Assembly: GCA_038087875.1 (NCBI GenBank)
Contig: JAXLNO010000565.1
Span: 1 to 35,513, forward strand
Direction: 5' to 3'
Origin: Malacoraja senta
Taxonomy: Eukaryota
DNA: 35,513 nucleotides
Shown here in pieces: positions 24,018 to 35,513 of this stretch (position 1 is the stretch's first letter; each line of letters opens with the position of its first letter). The notes beneath the pieces are model-generated. The model was not told the DNA's origin and did no database searches. It saw nothing but the letters and a program-made list of their open reading frames with translations. The position numbers and the translations under genes are program-made.

Positions 24018-24326
24018 TAAAATAGTAAGATTAAACGAGAACTTACCAGTTTGAAGTTTGATCTGTATTTTATGAGGAGTTACGATGAGGGATTACGTGA
24101 AGATCCCGTCCAGCACGCATGCGCGACATTCTTCAAAGCAGCGGTGTGGAATCACAGGAAACACAATAATTGAAATAAACATAGTAAAGAAAAGGAGAAC
24201 TAAGATACCTGTTGATCTATATATTTGAGGGTGGGAGCGGAGGGCACGTAATCCCTCATCGTAACTCCTCATAAAATACAGATCAAACTTCAAACTGGTA
24301 AGTTCTCGTTCAATCTTACTATTTTA
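24018..24326. repeat. DIRS terminal / internal complementary inverted repeat (82-bp arms)
   Basis: 24018-24099 is the reverse complement of 24245-24326 with one mismatch; repeated at 31669-31977. Confidence 0.9.
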
Positions 24327-26890
24327 CTTCGGAGTCACGTGAGTGACTACGTGAAGATTTTAAAGCTCTGTGATTTCAAACCGTGTAACAGTTCATACTT
24401 CACTCGCTGCCAAAGTCATTCAAGGGAGGAAGTATGTTATCGTAAGCAACCATAATCTGTTTGCAAACAATAATGGTATCTATTAAACAATAACAAAAGA
24501 AAAAATGCTCCCCCGGGCTTAAATTATATATTTTTGCAGATTTTAAAACTCTTTCTGCAAATAACACAGGTTATGCTAGCGGCTTGTGGTAGAATGTTTG
24601 GAACGTTTTCTCCATGTTCATTCTTTTAGCCGCCGATGTGGATGCTGCCCTGGTGGAGTGAGATGTATATACATCAGTATCTACTCCAGCAGCTCCCAGT
24701 ACCTGCTTGAGCCATCTCGAGATGGTTTGGCTCGACACCCAACCATGAGGTTTCTTGTGGCTGACCCATAAGGCTTTTTTATTTATTTTATTTATTATTA
24801 TTATTTTTTTTTTTTCCTTTTCTCCCTCGAGAATCTCTTGTTGTGTTGATGTAAGTGAATAAGTGAGTCATGACACACAACCGTAGGTCAGGTGGGTATG
24901 CCCGGAAATCCATAACTAGGACTCAAGTTCCTGGCTTGCTCTGCTTTAGCAGCTCCTGAATGGTGAATGAGACCCGGTCTGGTGTTATAACCATGTTGTC
25001 CAGTCGCAGTAAGTGGAGGGACTGGACTCTTTGTGCTGAGACTAGTGGCATCAGCATGACCGTTTTCAGGGTTAGCTTTTCCAGGGTGAGAGACCTGGCT
25101 GGGGACCATCCCCTTAGGTATGTCAGGACCACACTGACATCCCAGATTTGTGTATACCTAGGTCTAAGAGGGTTGGAGTTGACGATACTCCTCATGAGTT
25201 TGATCACCAGCGGGTGAGACCCTATGGCCTGTTGTCCTGGCACCTGTTTTAAGTAGGCTGACAGCGCACGTCTGGCAGTATTGATGGCGCTGTAGCTCAA
25301 TCCTTCATTATGGTGAAGGCCCCCCAGGTACTCCAGTACATTGGCTATGGTTGCAGATGAGTACGTTGTCGCAGTAGTCGAGCAGTATCTTTCCCACTTC
25401 CTGATGCTCGATAGGTATTGTTTCCTGGTGGACATACGGTGTCATCATGTTGATGGTCCTGTCAGACAATCCCAGTCCCAGCAGTGGTCTTTTGATACTC
25501 TGCAACCCAGTAGGTTAATTTTGCCATGGCATGGATGACTTATGCCTGATACAGGGTGCGTCAATAGGTCTGGGCTACTGGGAAAGGTCATAGGAGTTTC
25601 GATGACCATGTCGAGGACCACTGGGAACCATGGCTGTGTAGGCCAGTTGGTACTATCAAAATACCTGAAGCAGAGTCCATCTGTATTTTGCGTAGTACCC
25701 TACAGATTAAGGCAGAAGGGGGGAAAAGCAAAGAAGAAATCGGTCCCCCAGTTCAGCGCGAATGCATCTATCGCTGCTGCCTCAGGGTGTGGTTTCCAAG
25801 GGACATACATTGGTACGTGGTGATTTAGTCTGGATGCAAAGAGATCGATATCTGGTGTGCCATATTGGTTTGTAATTTTAGCAAAAGCTCTAGGATTTAA
25901 CATCCATTCGGTGTTTATCATTGAATTTGCGTGACCTGGCACTGTATTTAGCTTACCTGGTAGGTAAGTTGCTGATAGCCAAATATGTCTATCGACCCAC
26001 CATTACCAGATTGTGTTGACCCAATTGTCACATGATATCGATTTTATTCCGGTCATATGGTTAATATAGGCCACCACCGTGATATTATCAATTTGTAAAT
26101 GAACATGCAAGTTGTGCATATTCCTAGAATATGCTTTAAAACCATAAAATGCACCCAACATTTCCAAATAATTTATGCCCAGTGTTTGTAGTAAAGACGA
26201 GTCTAGGTTAGTCCATCTACCACCTGTGCTGGATATGGTATTAGTTGCTCCCCAGCCTTGAGCACTGGCATCTGTTTGTATAGTTAACGTTGGGTTATTG
26301 ATGATGATAGGGCTGGAACTATGCCAAATGTGTTATATCCACCATTGTAACTCTGATATTGCTTCAATGGGTAGTTTCATGGTTCTGTCAAAGTGACCTG
26401 CATGTCGTTTCAACGCCTGTACTTTTGCACTTTGTAGGTGCTGATAGTGCAGGAGTCCAAATTGTGTAGCTGAAAATGCTGCTACCATTTTGCCAATTAC
26501 TCTTGCCACTTGTCGGATGGTTGGTCGATTGCTTACCATTAAATTGTTGCACATCTGTGCCAATTCTGCTGCTTTACCTTTTGGCAACGTTACAGACATG
26601 TGGATTGAGTTAATTGTGAATCCCAGATAGTCCATAGTTGTGGATGGCGTCAACTTAGATTTATCTGGATGTATGACAAACCCAGGGTTTCAAACAATTG
26701 TTTGGTAGCTAATACAGCTGATTTAGCCAACTCCATGGTTTTGCCAACTATTAGGATATCATCAAGTTACGCCATGACAATATGTCTTTGTTTCGTTAAT
26801 GTTGCCAAGGCTGGTTTTAATATCTTGGTAAATAGTCTAAGGCTGATGTCAACCCATTAGGCAACACTTTATACTGCCATAGTTGCCCCA
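24018..26890 (-). mobile_element. DIRS-type tyrosine-recombinase retrotransposon, 5'-truncated within RT, frameshifted
   Basis: On the - strand in order: RT (QYKVLPNGLTSA, YLGFTINS), RNase H (TDASAQGWGA, INYLE, DNITVVAYIN), methyltransferase-like (DIDLFASRLN, DAF, FPPF), YR (STRKQY, LSYSAIN, HPLV, PRY..WDV, SAQRV, HSTR) and a terminal inverted repeat. Confidence 0.93.
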
Positions 26891-29082
26891 TCCTGACTCT
26901 CAATTGTAAAGCGACTTTGAGTCCTGAAAAGCGCTATATAAATAAAATCTATTATTATTATTATTATTTGATGTAAGGGCAGACACAAAAGCTTGAGTAA
27001 CTCAGCAGGATAGGCAGCATCTCTGGAGAGATGGAATGGGTGCCGTTTTGGGTCGAGACCCATCTTCAGACTAGTCAGGGGAAAAGGAAACAAGAGATAT
27101 AGACATATAAGGGTGATGGTGGAATTATATTTACTACCTCTCAATGCTCATTACCAACCCGAGAAAAATGAACTGATTCTACAGTACATGAATATAAATT
27201 CGGGAGAGTTGCATGAAGGAAATAATTAACCTTAAGATTTGTCGAAGATACATTATTCGCAACGACCAAATCAATAATCATAGATTAAAGAAATATTGCA
27301 AGGAAACAAACTTTTCAAAGTAAAATGGAATATATTTATTGGAACAACAATAGGTAAATTTAAATTTATATTAATTGGAAAAAACAATAGGTAAATCTAG
27401 TTAAAATAACTGTAGGAGCAATGCTGGTATTGTGATTTTTTTCTGCAGATTGCAATACTTTAAAGAGAACATCCAGATTTGCAGCAATTTTCAATCGGTC
27501 ATGCCTTCTGTTGCATCCGGAGAAAGACAAGGAACGAGTTTTGGTGTATTTAAGAAAAATGTTAGCTGATAAACGCTGGTGTGAGACTGAAGAGGATTAA
27601 AGTTGCAAATTGTGAAGCCAGAGGAAGGAATGTTAATGGAGGCAGGCAGGAGGGGAGAAATAGGAGTGGCCAGTAGACATAAAATGCTAGAGAAACTCAG
27701 CGGGTGAGGTAGCATCTATGGAGAGAAAGAATTGGTGATGTTTCAGGTCGATACCCTTCTTTGGACTGATATCAGGGGAGGGGGTAGGACAAAGAAATAA
27801 TGTAGGCGGAGACAGTGGGACCAGTGAGAGAACTGGTGTATGTGACAATAAATGTCCTTGTCCTTACTCCAGCACTTTGTGTCTTTTTAAACATCATTCT
27901 GGTAAACCTCTTCCGCACCCTTTCCAAAACCTCCACATCCATCCCCGACCAGAACTGCATGCAAAACTAAATGGACTTTGACTTAACCAAAGTCCTATAA
28001 AGCAGCATCACAACTTCCTGACTCTTATACTCAATGCCCCGGCCTATGAAAAAAAGCAAACCATATGTCTTATTTACCACTCTACTCTGTGAGGTCATGG
28101 GAAGGTAGATGCGGAGAGGATATTTACTCTAATGGGAGAATATATAACCAGGGGTCGGCCCATGTAAGACAGAGAAAAGGTATTTTTTTCCTTCTGGATT
28201 ATTTTGAGAGACCTCTTCCACAAAGGGTGATGGAAACAAAACCTTTGAATTTTCTCAAGGCAGAGATGAAAACTTGACAAGCACGGAGGGAGAGGTTATT
28301 TGGAGCAGTAAGACTGGGGAGGTTACAATAAGATACAAACTCCGTGCAGACAGCACCTGTAGTCAGGATTGATCCTGAATCTCTGGTGCTGTGAGGCAGC
28401 ATCTCTACTGCTGCGCCACTGTGACTCCCTGAAAAAAACAAATAATAGTACTCCTCTGTAATCCACACCCTAGTTCAGTTTGGGGGCTGTGGCGGCGTTC
28501 CGGCGGCGGCGAGCCGACTTCAGAGCCTCGGAGGCTCTGCCGCGGGCCCAGTGGACGACATCGTCGGGAGCTCGCAGGTCACAGGTTGGTGACCTGTTTT
28601 TCCGGAGCTCCCGCAACAACAGCTTCGTCCGCTGGACTGGAGGGCGGCAGCTTCGGCAGCTTCGACCGCCCGGGTCCGCGGAGTTTGAACCGGCCCGTTC
28701 GCGGAGCTCGGATTCAGCCGCGGTACTGACTTACTTAACATCACCCGGCGGGGTCACAACATCGGAAGCCTGGATCACCTCAGCGCAGAGGGAGAACAAG
28801 GAGGGAAGAGACAAGGACTTTAAGACTTTTGCCTTCCATCACAGCGAGGAGGTGACTGGTGGACTCACTGTGGTGGATGTTAAATCTGTGTTTATTGTGT
28901 GTTTTTGTTATTTTATTCTATGTTATGACTGCAAGGCACGAAATTTCGTTCAGACTGAAAGGTCTGAATGACAATAAAGGATGCTTGTTACTTGTTACTT
29001 TGGCCACAACTGGCCTCCCTATGATTTGTTTGCCCTCTTGTGTCATTCAGCCTAAGCATGGTCCACTCATGGATCCATTGGA

Positions 29083-31566
29083 ATGCAGCCCGGACAGTTC
29101 CAAACCTCATGCACCCAGAATCTGCTGCTACTTGGTGACTTAAACATTCATATGGACTCCCCCACCTGCAAGTTCGCATCTGAATTCGCTTTTCTACTTG
29201 ACAACTTCTCTCTCACTCAGCACATCTCCTTTCCCACTCATGACAAAGGTCACATCCTTGACCTGGTCTGCTCCACAAATCAACCGGTACTCGACCTCCA
29301 TCCATGCCTCTTCCCCCTATCGGATCATAAGCTCATACGGTTCACCATCCCTTCTCCAACACCTCGCCCCCGCTTCCTCCGAGAAATCACCTTCCGTAAT
29401 CTAAAATCTATCGATCCTCACCATCTCTCTGACCTGCTCTACACCACTCTCCCCCTGGACTCAACCCACATCTCACCTGATGATCTCACAAACCATCTCA
29501 ATTCCACCTTGTCTACCTCCCTTAACACTCTGGCTCCCCTCAAAACAAGAACCGTAACTTTTAATAAATCTTCACCCTGGTACACACCTGCACTTCGTAA
29601 GCTGAAACAGATTGGTCGCCGACTTGAACGACTCATAAAGAAATCACCTCTCACAGTCCACCATGAAGCTTACAAACTCCACCTCACTGCCTACAAAGAT
29701 GCCCTCATTGCTGCTAAATCTGCATACCTCTCCTCCATATTCACTGACCCCTGCCTAAACCACAGAACCCTCTTCTCCACAGTCTGCAACCTCCTCAAGC
29801 CTCGAGCCATCACTCTCCCTACCTCCACTCCGGATCTCTGCAACTCATTCCTCCACTTTTTTGCTGATAAAATTAGCTCCATCTATCAATCCCTATCCCC
29901 TGCACCCGACTCCCCAGCATCTACTCCACCACCTACCAAGGCCCCTCCTTTCAACATCTCCGCTGATCTCCATACCTCTCCCCCTCACTGCTTCCTCTCC
30001 CAGTTTGACCCGGTCACCCCGACTGAAATCTCCAAACTCATCAGCTCTTCCAAACCCACTACCTGCTCTCTTGACCCTCTCCCCACTCCCCTGCTGAAGT
30101 CCTGCCTCCCTGCTCTCTGCCCCTACCTCACTAATATTTTCAACTCCTCATTGTCCCAAGGAATTGTCCCCTCTGCTTTCAAAACTGCTGCTGTCACACC
30201 AATCTTAAAGAAACCTGGTCTTGATCCCTCCTCTCTCATTAAATACCGCCCCATCTCAAACCTCCCCTTTCTTTCAAAAACCCTGGAGCGCATCGTCGCG
30301 TCACAACTTCATTCCCACCTCCTCGCGTATAACCTATTCGAACCCCTCCAATCTGGCTTTCGCCCCCTCCATAGCACAGAAACTGCTCTCTTCAAAGTCC
30401 TCAATGACCTCCTTACCTCTGCTGACTCTGGCTCCCTCAATATCCTCATCCTCCTCGACCTGAGTGCAGCCTTCGATACCGTCAACCACAACATCCTGCT
30501 CACCAGACTTAGGGACCTTGGCATTGAAGGTTCTGCACTCAGCTGGTTCCGTTCTTACCTTTCCAACCGATCCCACTTCATCTCTCTCCATAACCACACC
30601 TCTGCCACAGCCACTGTCACTCAAGGCATTCCCCAAGGCTCCGTTCTTGGTCCCCTCCTCTTCATCATCCACATCCTCCCCCTTGGTCATATACTCCGTC
30701 ACTTCAACCTGGACTTCCACTGCTATGCTGATGACACCCAGATCTATCTCAGCACCAAGTCCCACCACCACCCCCCTCTCTCCCATATCAACTCCTGCCT
30801 ATCAGCCATCAAATCTTGGATGCAACTCAACTTCCTTAAATTAAACAGTAGCAAAACAGAATTTCTCCTCATTGGCTCCAAATCAACACTCACTAAAATT
30901 AACAACCCCACTCTCACTATCGACGGCACCACTGTCTCCCCATCTCCTCAGGCACGCAACCTTGGCGTGATCCTTCACTCAACCCTCTCCCTTGAGCCTC
31001 ACATCCACCATGTTGTCAAAACATCATTTTTTCACCTCCGCAACTTTGCAAAAATCAGATCGTCTCTCACACCCCCCGCTGCTGAAAGACTCATCCATGC
31101 CTTCATTTCCTCCCGACTGGACTACTGTAACTCTCTTCTTTTCGGAATCAATTGCAGCAGCATCAAACGACTCCAACTGGACCAAAATGCAGCCGCTCGA
31201 CTCATTACCCACACCAAATCCTGGCACCACTTCACCCTAGTTCTCAAAGAACTTCACTGGCTTCCCATTTCCCACTGGATCACCTACAAAATCCTGGTCC
31301 TCACCTACAAAGCCCTCAACAACCTGGCCCCCCCTTATCTCATTGACCTCCTCTCCCCCTACCAACCCTTACAGTCCCTCAGATCCACATCAGCTGGTCT
31401 CCTCTCCACTCCGAAATCAAACCTCTGCACTTTTGGAGGCAGAGCCTTCTCCAGGGCAGCGCCCAGGCTCTGGAATTCCCTCCCACAACCGGTCCAAAAT
31501 TCTGAGTCCCTCACCATCTTCCAGTCCCGCCTCAAGACCCATCTCTTCACCTCTGCATACCCTTAG
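29083..31566 (+). CDS. L2 LINE ORF2 copy 3: N-terminal half of the endonuclease deleted, RT intact, fused to an upstream ATG (827 aa)
   Basis: MQPGQFQTSCTQN from flanking DNA is joined to LLLLGDLNIH by a 712-bp deletion relative to copy 2; otherwise near-identical to 21006-23915. Confidence 0.88.
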   Translation: MQPGQFQTSCTQNLLLLGDLNIHMDSPTCKFASEFAFLLDNFSLTQHISFPTHDKGHILDLVCSTNQPVLDLHPCLFPLSDHKLIRFTIPSPTPRPRFLREITFRNLKSIDPHHLSDLLYTTLPLDSTHISPDDLTNHLNSTLSTSLNTLAPLKTRTVTFNKSSPWYTPALRKLKQIGRRLERLIKKSPLTVHHEAYKLHLTAYKDALIAAKSAYLSSIFTDPCLNHRTLFSTVCNLLKPRAITLPTSTPDLCNSFLHFFADKISSIYQSLSPAPDSPASTPPPTKAPPFNISADLHTSPPHCFLSQFDPVTPTEISKLISSSKPTTCSLDPLPTPLLKSCLPALCPYLTNIFNSSLSQGIVPSAFKTAAVTPILKKPGLDPSSLIKYRPISNLPFLSKTLERIVASQLHSHLLAYNLFEPLQSGFRPLHSTETALFKVLNDLLTSADSGSLNILILLDLSAAFDTVNHNILLTRLRDLGIEGSALSWFRSYLSNRSHFISLHNHTSATATVTQGIPQGSVLGPLLFIIHILPLGHILRHFNLDFHCYADDTQIYLSTKSHHHPPLSHINSCLSAIKSWMQLNFLKLNSSKTEFLLIGSKSTLTKINNPTLTIDGTTVSPSPQARNLGVILHSTLSLEPHIHHVVKTSFFHLRNFAKIRSSLTPPAAERLIHAFISSRLDYCNSLLFGINCSSIKRLQLDQNAAARLITHTKSWHHFTLVLKELHWLPISHWITYKILVLTYKALNNLAPPYLIDLLSPYQPLQSLRSTSAGLLSTPKSNLCTFGGRAFSRAAPRLWNSLPQPVQNSESLTIFQSRLKTHLFTSAYP

Positions 31567-31668
31567 TCCCATGTTCCCCTCCCCTCTGTCTTACTGCTCT
31601 ATTTTGTTTTGTTTATTCCTGACTCTCAATTGTAAAGCGACTTTGAGTCCTGAAAAACGCTATATAAA

Positions 31669-34540
31669 TAAAATAGTAAGATTAAACGAGAACTTACCAG
31701 TTTGAAGTTTGATCTGTATTTTATGAGGAGTTACGATGAGGGATTACGTGAAGATCCCGTCCAGCACGCATGCGCGACATTCTTCAAAGCAGCGGTGTGG
31801 AATCACAGGAAACACAATAATTGAAATAAACATAGTAAAGAAAAGGAGAACTAAGATACATGTTGATCTATATATTTGAGGGTGGGAGCGGAGGGCACGT
31901 AATCCCTCATCGTAACTCCTCATAAAATACAGATCAAACTTCAAACTGGTAAGTTCTCGTTCAATCTTACTATTTTACTTCGGAGTCACGTGAGTGACTA
32001 CGTGAAGATTTTAAAGCTCTGTGATTTCAAACCGTGTAACAGTTCATACTTCACTCGCTGCCAAAGTCATTCAAGGGAGGAAGTATGTTATCGTAAGCAA
32101 CCATAATCTGTTTGCAAACAATAATGGTATCTATTAAACAATAACAAAAGAAAAAATGCTCCCCCGGGCTTAAATTATATATTTTTGCAGATTTTAAAAC
32201 TCTTTCTGCAAATAACACAGGTTATGCTAGCGGCTTGTGGTAGAATGTTTGGAACGTTTTCTCCATGTTCATTCTTTTAGCCGCCGATGTGGATGCTGCC
32301 CTGGTGGAGTGAGATGTATATACATCAGTATCTACTCCAGCAGCTCCCAGTACCTGCTTGAGCCATCTCGAGATGGTTTGGCTCGACACCCAACCATGAG
32401 GTTTCTTGTGGCTGACCCATAAGGCTTTTTTATTTATTTTATTTATTATTATTTTTATTTTTTTTTCCTTTTCTCCCTCGAGAATCTCTTGTTGTGTTGA
32501 TGTAAGTGAATAAGTGAGTCATGACACACAACCGTAGGTCAGGTGGGTATGCCCGGAAATCCATAACTAGGACTCAAGTTCCTGGCTTGCTCTGCTTTAG
32601 CAGCTCCTGAATGGTGAATGAGACCCGGTCTGGTGTTATAACCATGTTGTCCAGTCGCAGTAAGTGGAGGGACTGGACTCTTTTGTGCTGAGACTAGTGG
32701 CATCAGCATGACCGTTTTCAGGGTTAGCTTTTCCAGGGTGAGAGACCTGGCTGGGACCATCCCCTTAGGTATGTCAGGACCACACTGACATCCCAGATTT
32801 GTGTATACCTAGGTCTAAGAGGGTTGGAGTTGACGATACTCCTCATGAGTTTGATCACCAGCGGGTGAGGCCCTATGGCCTGTTGTCCTGGCACCTGTTT
32901 TAAGTAGGCTGACAGCGCACGTCTGGCAGTATTGATGGCGCTGTAGCTCAATCCTTCATTATGGTGAAGGCCCCCCAGGTACTCCAGTACATTGGTTATG
33001 GTTGCAGATGAGTACGTTGTCGCAGTAGTCGAGCAGTATCTTTCCCACTTCCTGATGCTCGATAGGTATTGTTTCCTGGTGGACATACGGTGTCATCATG
33101 TTGATGGTCCTGTCAGACAATCCCAGTCCCAGCAGTGGTCTTTTGATAATTCTGCAACCCAGTAGGTTAATTTTGCCATGGCATGGATGACTTTTGCCTG
33201 ATACAGGGTGCGTCAATAGTCTGGGCTACTGGCAAAGGTCATAGGAGTTTCGATGACCATGTCGAGGACCACTGGGAACCATGGCAGTGTAGGCCAGTTG
33301 GTACTATCAAAATACCTGAAGCAGAGTCCATCTGTATTTTGCGTAGTACCCTACAGATTAAGGCAGAAGGGGAAAAAGCATAGAAGAAATCGGTCCCCCA
33401 GTTCAGCGCGAATGCATCTATCGCTGCTGCCTCAGGGTGTGGTTTCCAAGGGACATACATTGGTACGTGGTGATTTAGTCTGGATGCAAAGAGATCGATA
33501 TCTGGTGTGCCATATTGGTTTGTAATTTTAGCAAAAGCTCTAGGATTTAACATCCATTCGGTGTTTATCATTGAATTTGCGTGACCTGGCACTGTATTTA
33601 GCTTACCTGGTAGGTAAGTTGCTGATAGCCAAATATGTCTATCGACCCACCATTACCAGATTGTGTTGACCCAATTGTCACATGATATCGATTTTATTCC
33701 GGTCATATGGTTAATATAGGCCACCACCGTGATATTATCAATTTGTAAATGAACATGCAAGTTGTGCATATTCCTAGAATATGCTTTAAAACCATAAAAC
33801 GCACCCAACATTTCCAAATAATTTATGCCCAGTGTTTGTAGTAAAGACGAGTCTAGGTTAGTCCATCTACCTCCTGTGCTGGATATGGTATTAGTTGCTC
33901 CCCAGCCTTGAGCACTGGCATCTGTTTGTATAGTTAACGTTGGGTTATTGATGATGATAGGGCTGGAACTATGCAAATGTGTTATATCCACCATTGTAAC
34001 TCTGATATTGCTTCAATGGGTAGTTTCATGGTTCTGTCAAAGTGACCTGCATGTCGTTTCAAAAGCCTGTACTTTTGCCCTTTTGTAGGTGCTGATAGTG
34101 CAGGAGTCCAAATTGTGTAGCTGAAAATGCTGCTACCATTTTGCCAATTACTCTTGCCACTTGTCGGATGGTTGGTCGATTGCTTACCATTAAATTGTTG
34201 CACATCTGTGCCAATTCTGCTGCTTTACCTTTTGGCAACGTTACAGACATGTGGATTGAGGTTAATTGTGAATCCCAGATAGTCCCTAGTTGTGGATGGC
34301 GTCAACTTAGATTTATCTGGATGTATGACAAACCCAGGGTTTCAAACAATTGTTTGGTAGCTAATACAGCTGATTTAGCCAACTCCATGGTTTTGCCACT
34401 ATAGGATATCATCAAGATACGCCATGACAATATGTCTTTGTTTCGTTAATGTTGCCAAGGCTGGTTTTAATATCTTGGTAAATAGTCTAAGGCTGATGTC
34501 AACCCATTAGGCAACACTTTATACTGCCATAGTTGCCCCA
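31669..34540 (-). mobile_element. DIRS fragment, duplicate of 24018-26890
   Basis: Same boundaries and domains; additional single-base indels. Confidence 0.92.
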
Positions 34541-35513
34541 TCCTGACTCTCAATTGTAAAGCGACTTGAGTCCTGAAAAGCGCTATATAAATAAAATCTA
34601 TTATTATTATTATTATTTGATGTAAGGGCAGACACAAAAGCTTGAGTAACTCAGCAGGATAGGCAGCATCTCTGGAGAGATGGAATGGGTGCCGTTTTGG
34701 GTCGAGACCCATCTTCAGACTAGTCAGGGGAAAAGGAAACAAGAGATATAGACATATAAGGGTGATGGTGGAATTATATTTTACTACCTCTCAATGCTCA
34801 TTACCAACCCGAGAAAAATGAACTGATTCTACAGTACATGAATATACATTCGGGAGAGTTGCATGAAGGAAATAATTAACCTTAAGATTCGTCGAAGATA
34901 CATTATTCGCAACGACCAAATCAATAATCATAGATTAAAGAAAATATTGCAAGGAAACAAACTTTTCAAAGTAAAATGGGAATATATTTATTGGAACAAC
35001 AATAGTGTAAATTTAAATTTATATTAATTGGAAAAAACAATAGGTAAATCTAGTTAAAATAACTGTAGGAGCAATGCTGGTATTGTGATTTTTTTCTGCA
35101 GATTGCAATACTTTAAAGAGAACATCCAGATTTGCAGCAATTTTCAATCGGTCATGCCTTCTGTTGCATCGGAGAAACACAAGGAACGAGTTTTGGTGTA
35201 TTTAAGAAAAATGTTAGCTGATAAACGCTGGTGTGAGACTGAAGAGGATTAAAGTTGCAAATTGTGAAGCCAGAGGAAGGAATGTTAATGGAGGCAGCAG
35301 GAGGGGAGAAATAGGAGTGCCAGTAGACATAAAATGCTAGAGAAACTCAGCGGGTGAGGTAGCACTATGGAGAGAAGGAATTGGTGACGTTCAAGGTCGA
35401 TACCCTTCTTTGGACTGATATCAGGGGAGGGGGTAGGACAAAGAAATAATGTAGGCGGAGACAGTGGGACCAGTGAGAGAAAACTGGTGTATGTGAAATA
35501 AATGTCCTTGTCC

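Larger units (their letters stand above)
20351..27833 (+). repeat. Segmental repeat copy 2 (begins at the equivalent of 10331; has the longest LINE plus DIRS)
   Basis: tcagccgcggtactgac at 20351 equals 10331 and is collinear thereafter. Confidence 0.95.
27834..35484 (+). repeat. Segmental repeat copy 3 (complete ~7.65-kb unit); a further copy starts at ~35485
   Basis: Offset of 7651 from copy 2 (e.g. 24018 vs 31669); the junction actgg|tgtatgtga recurs at the window end. Confidence 0.95.

Overview
Repeat-dense vertebrate genomic DNA. The repeat repertoire (CR1, L2 and Rex1 LINEs, V-SINE-like tRNA SINEs, Penelope, DIRS, Tc1, Harbinger- and hAT-like elements) suggests a cartilaginous fish, probably a skate or ray (inference). 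No complete host gene is present. Two host-gene pieces are recognisable: an isolated TDP2-like first exon (3262-3417, UBA-like domain) lying between matching hAT-like terminal inverted repeats, and a FAM187B-like Ig/TM reading frame (19262-20350, - strand) cut off at its 5' end by a duplication breakpoint. The right two-thirds is a young segmental array. Copies lie at ~9464-14422, 20351-27833 and 27834-35484, with another starting at ~35485; the head-to-tail period is ~7.65 kb. Each copy carries an L2-clade LINE (one with a complete 969-aa EN+RT ORF2), and the later copies also carry a truncated antisense DIRS element. Region 14260-18830 is a nested cluster: an inverted Penelope pair interrupted by an unclassified insertion (which itself contains a Helitron-like element) and by a Tc1 transposon. 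The best candidates for something undescribed are the putative exon-capturing (Pack-type) hAT element and the microhomology-built LINE+DIRS composite amplicon. All family assignments come from motif recognition; no database search was run.
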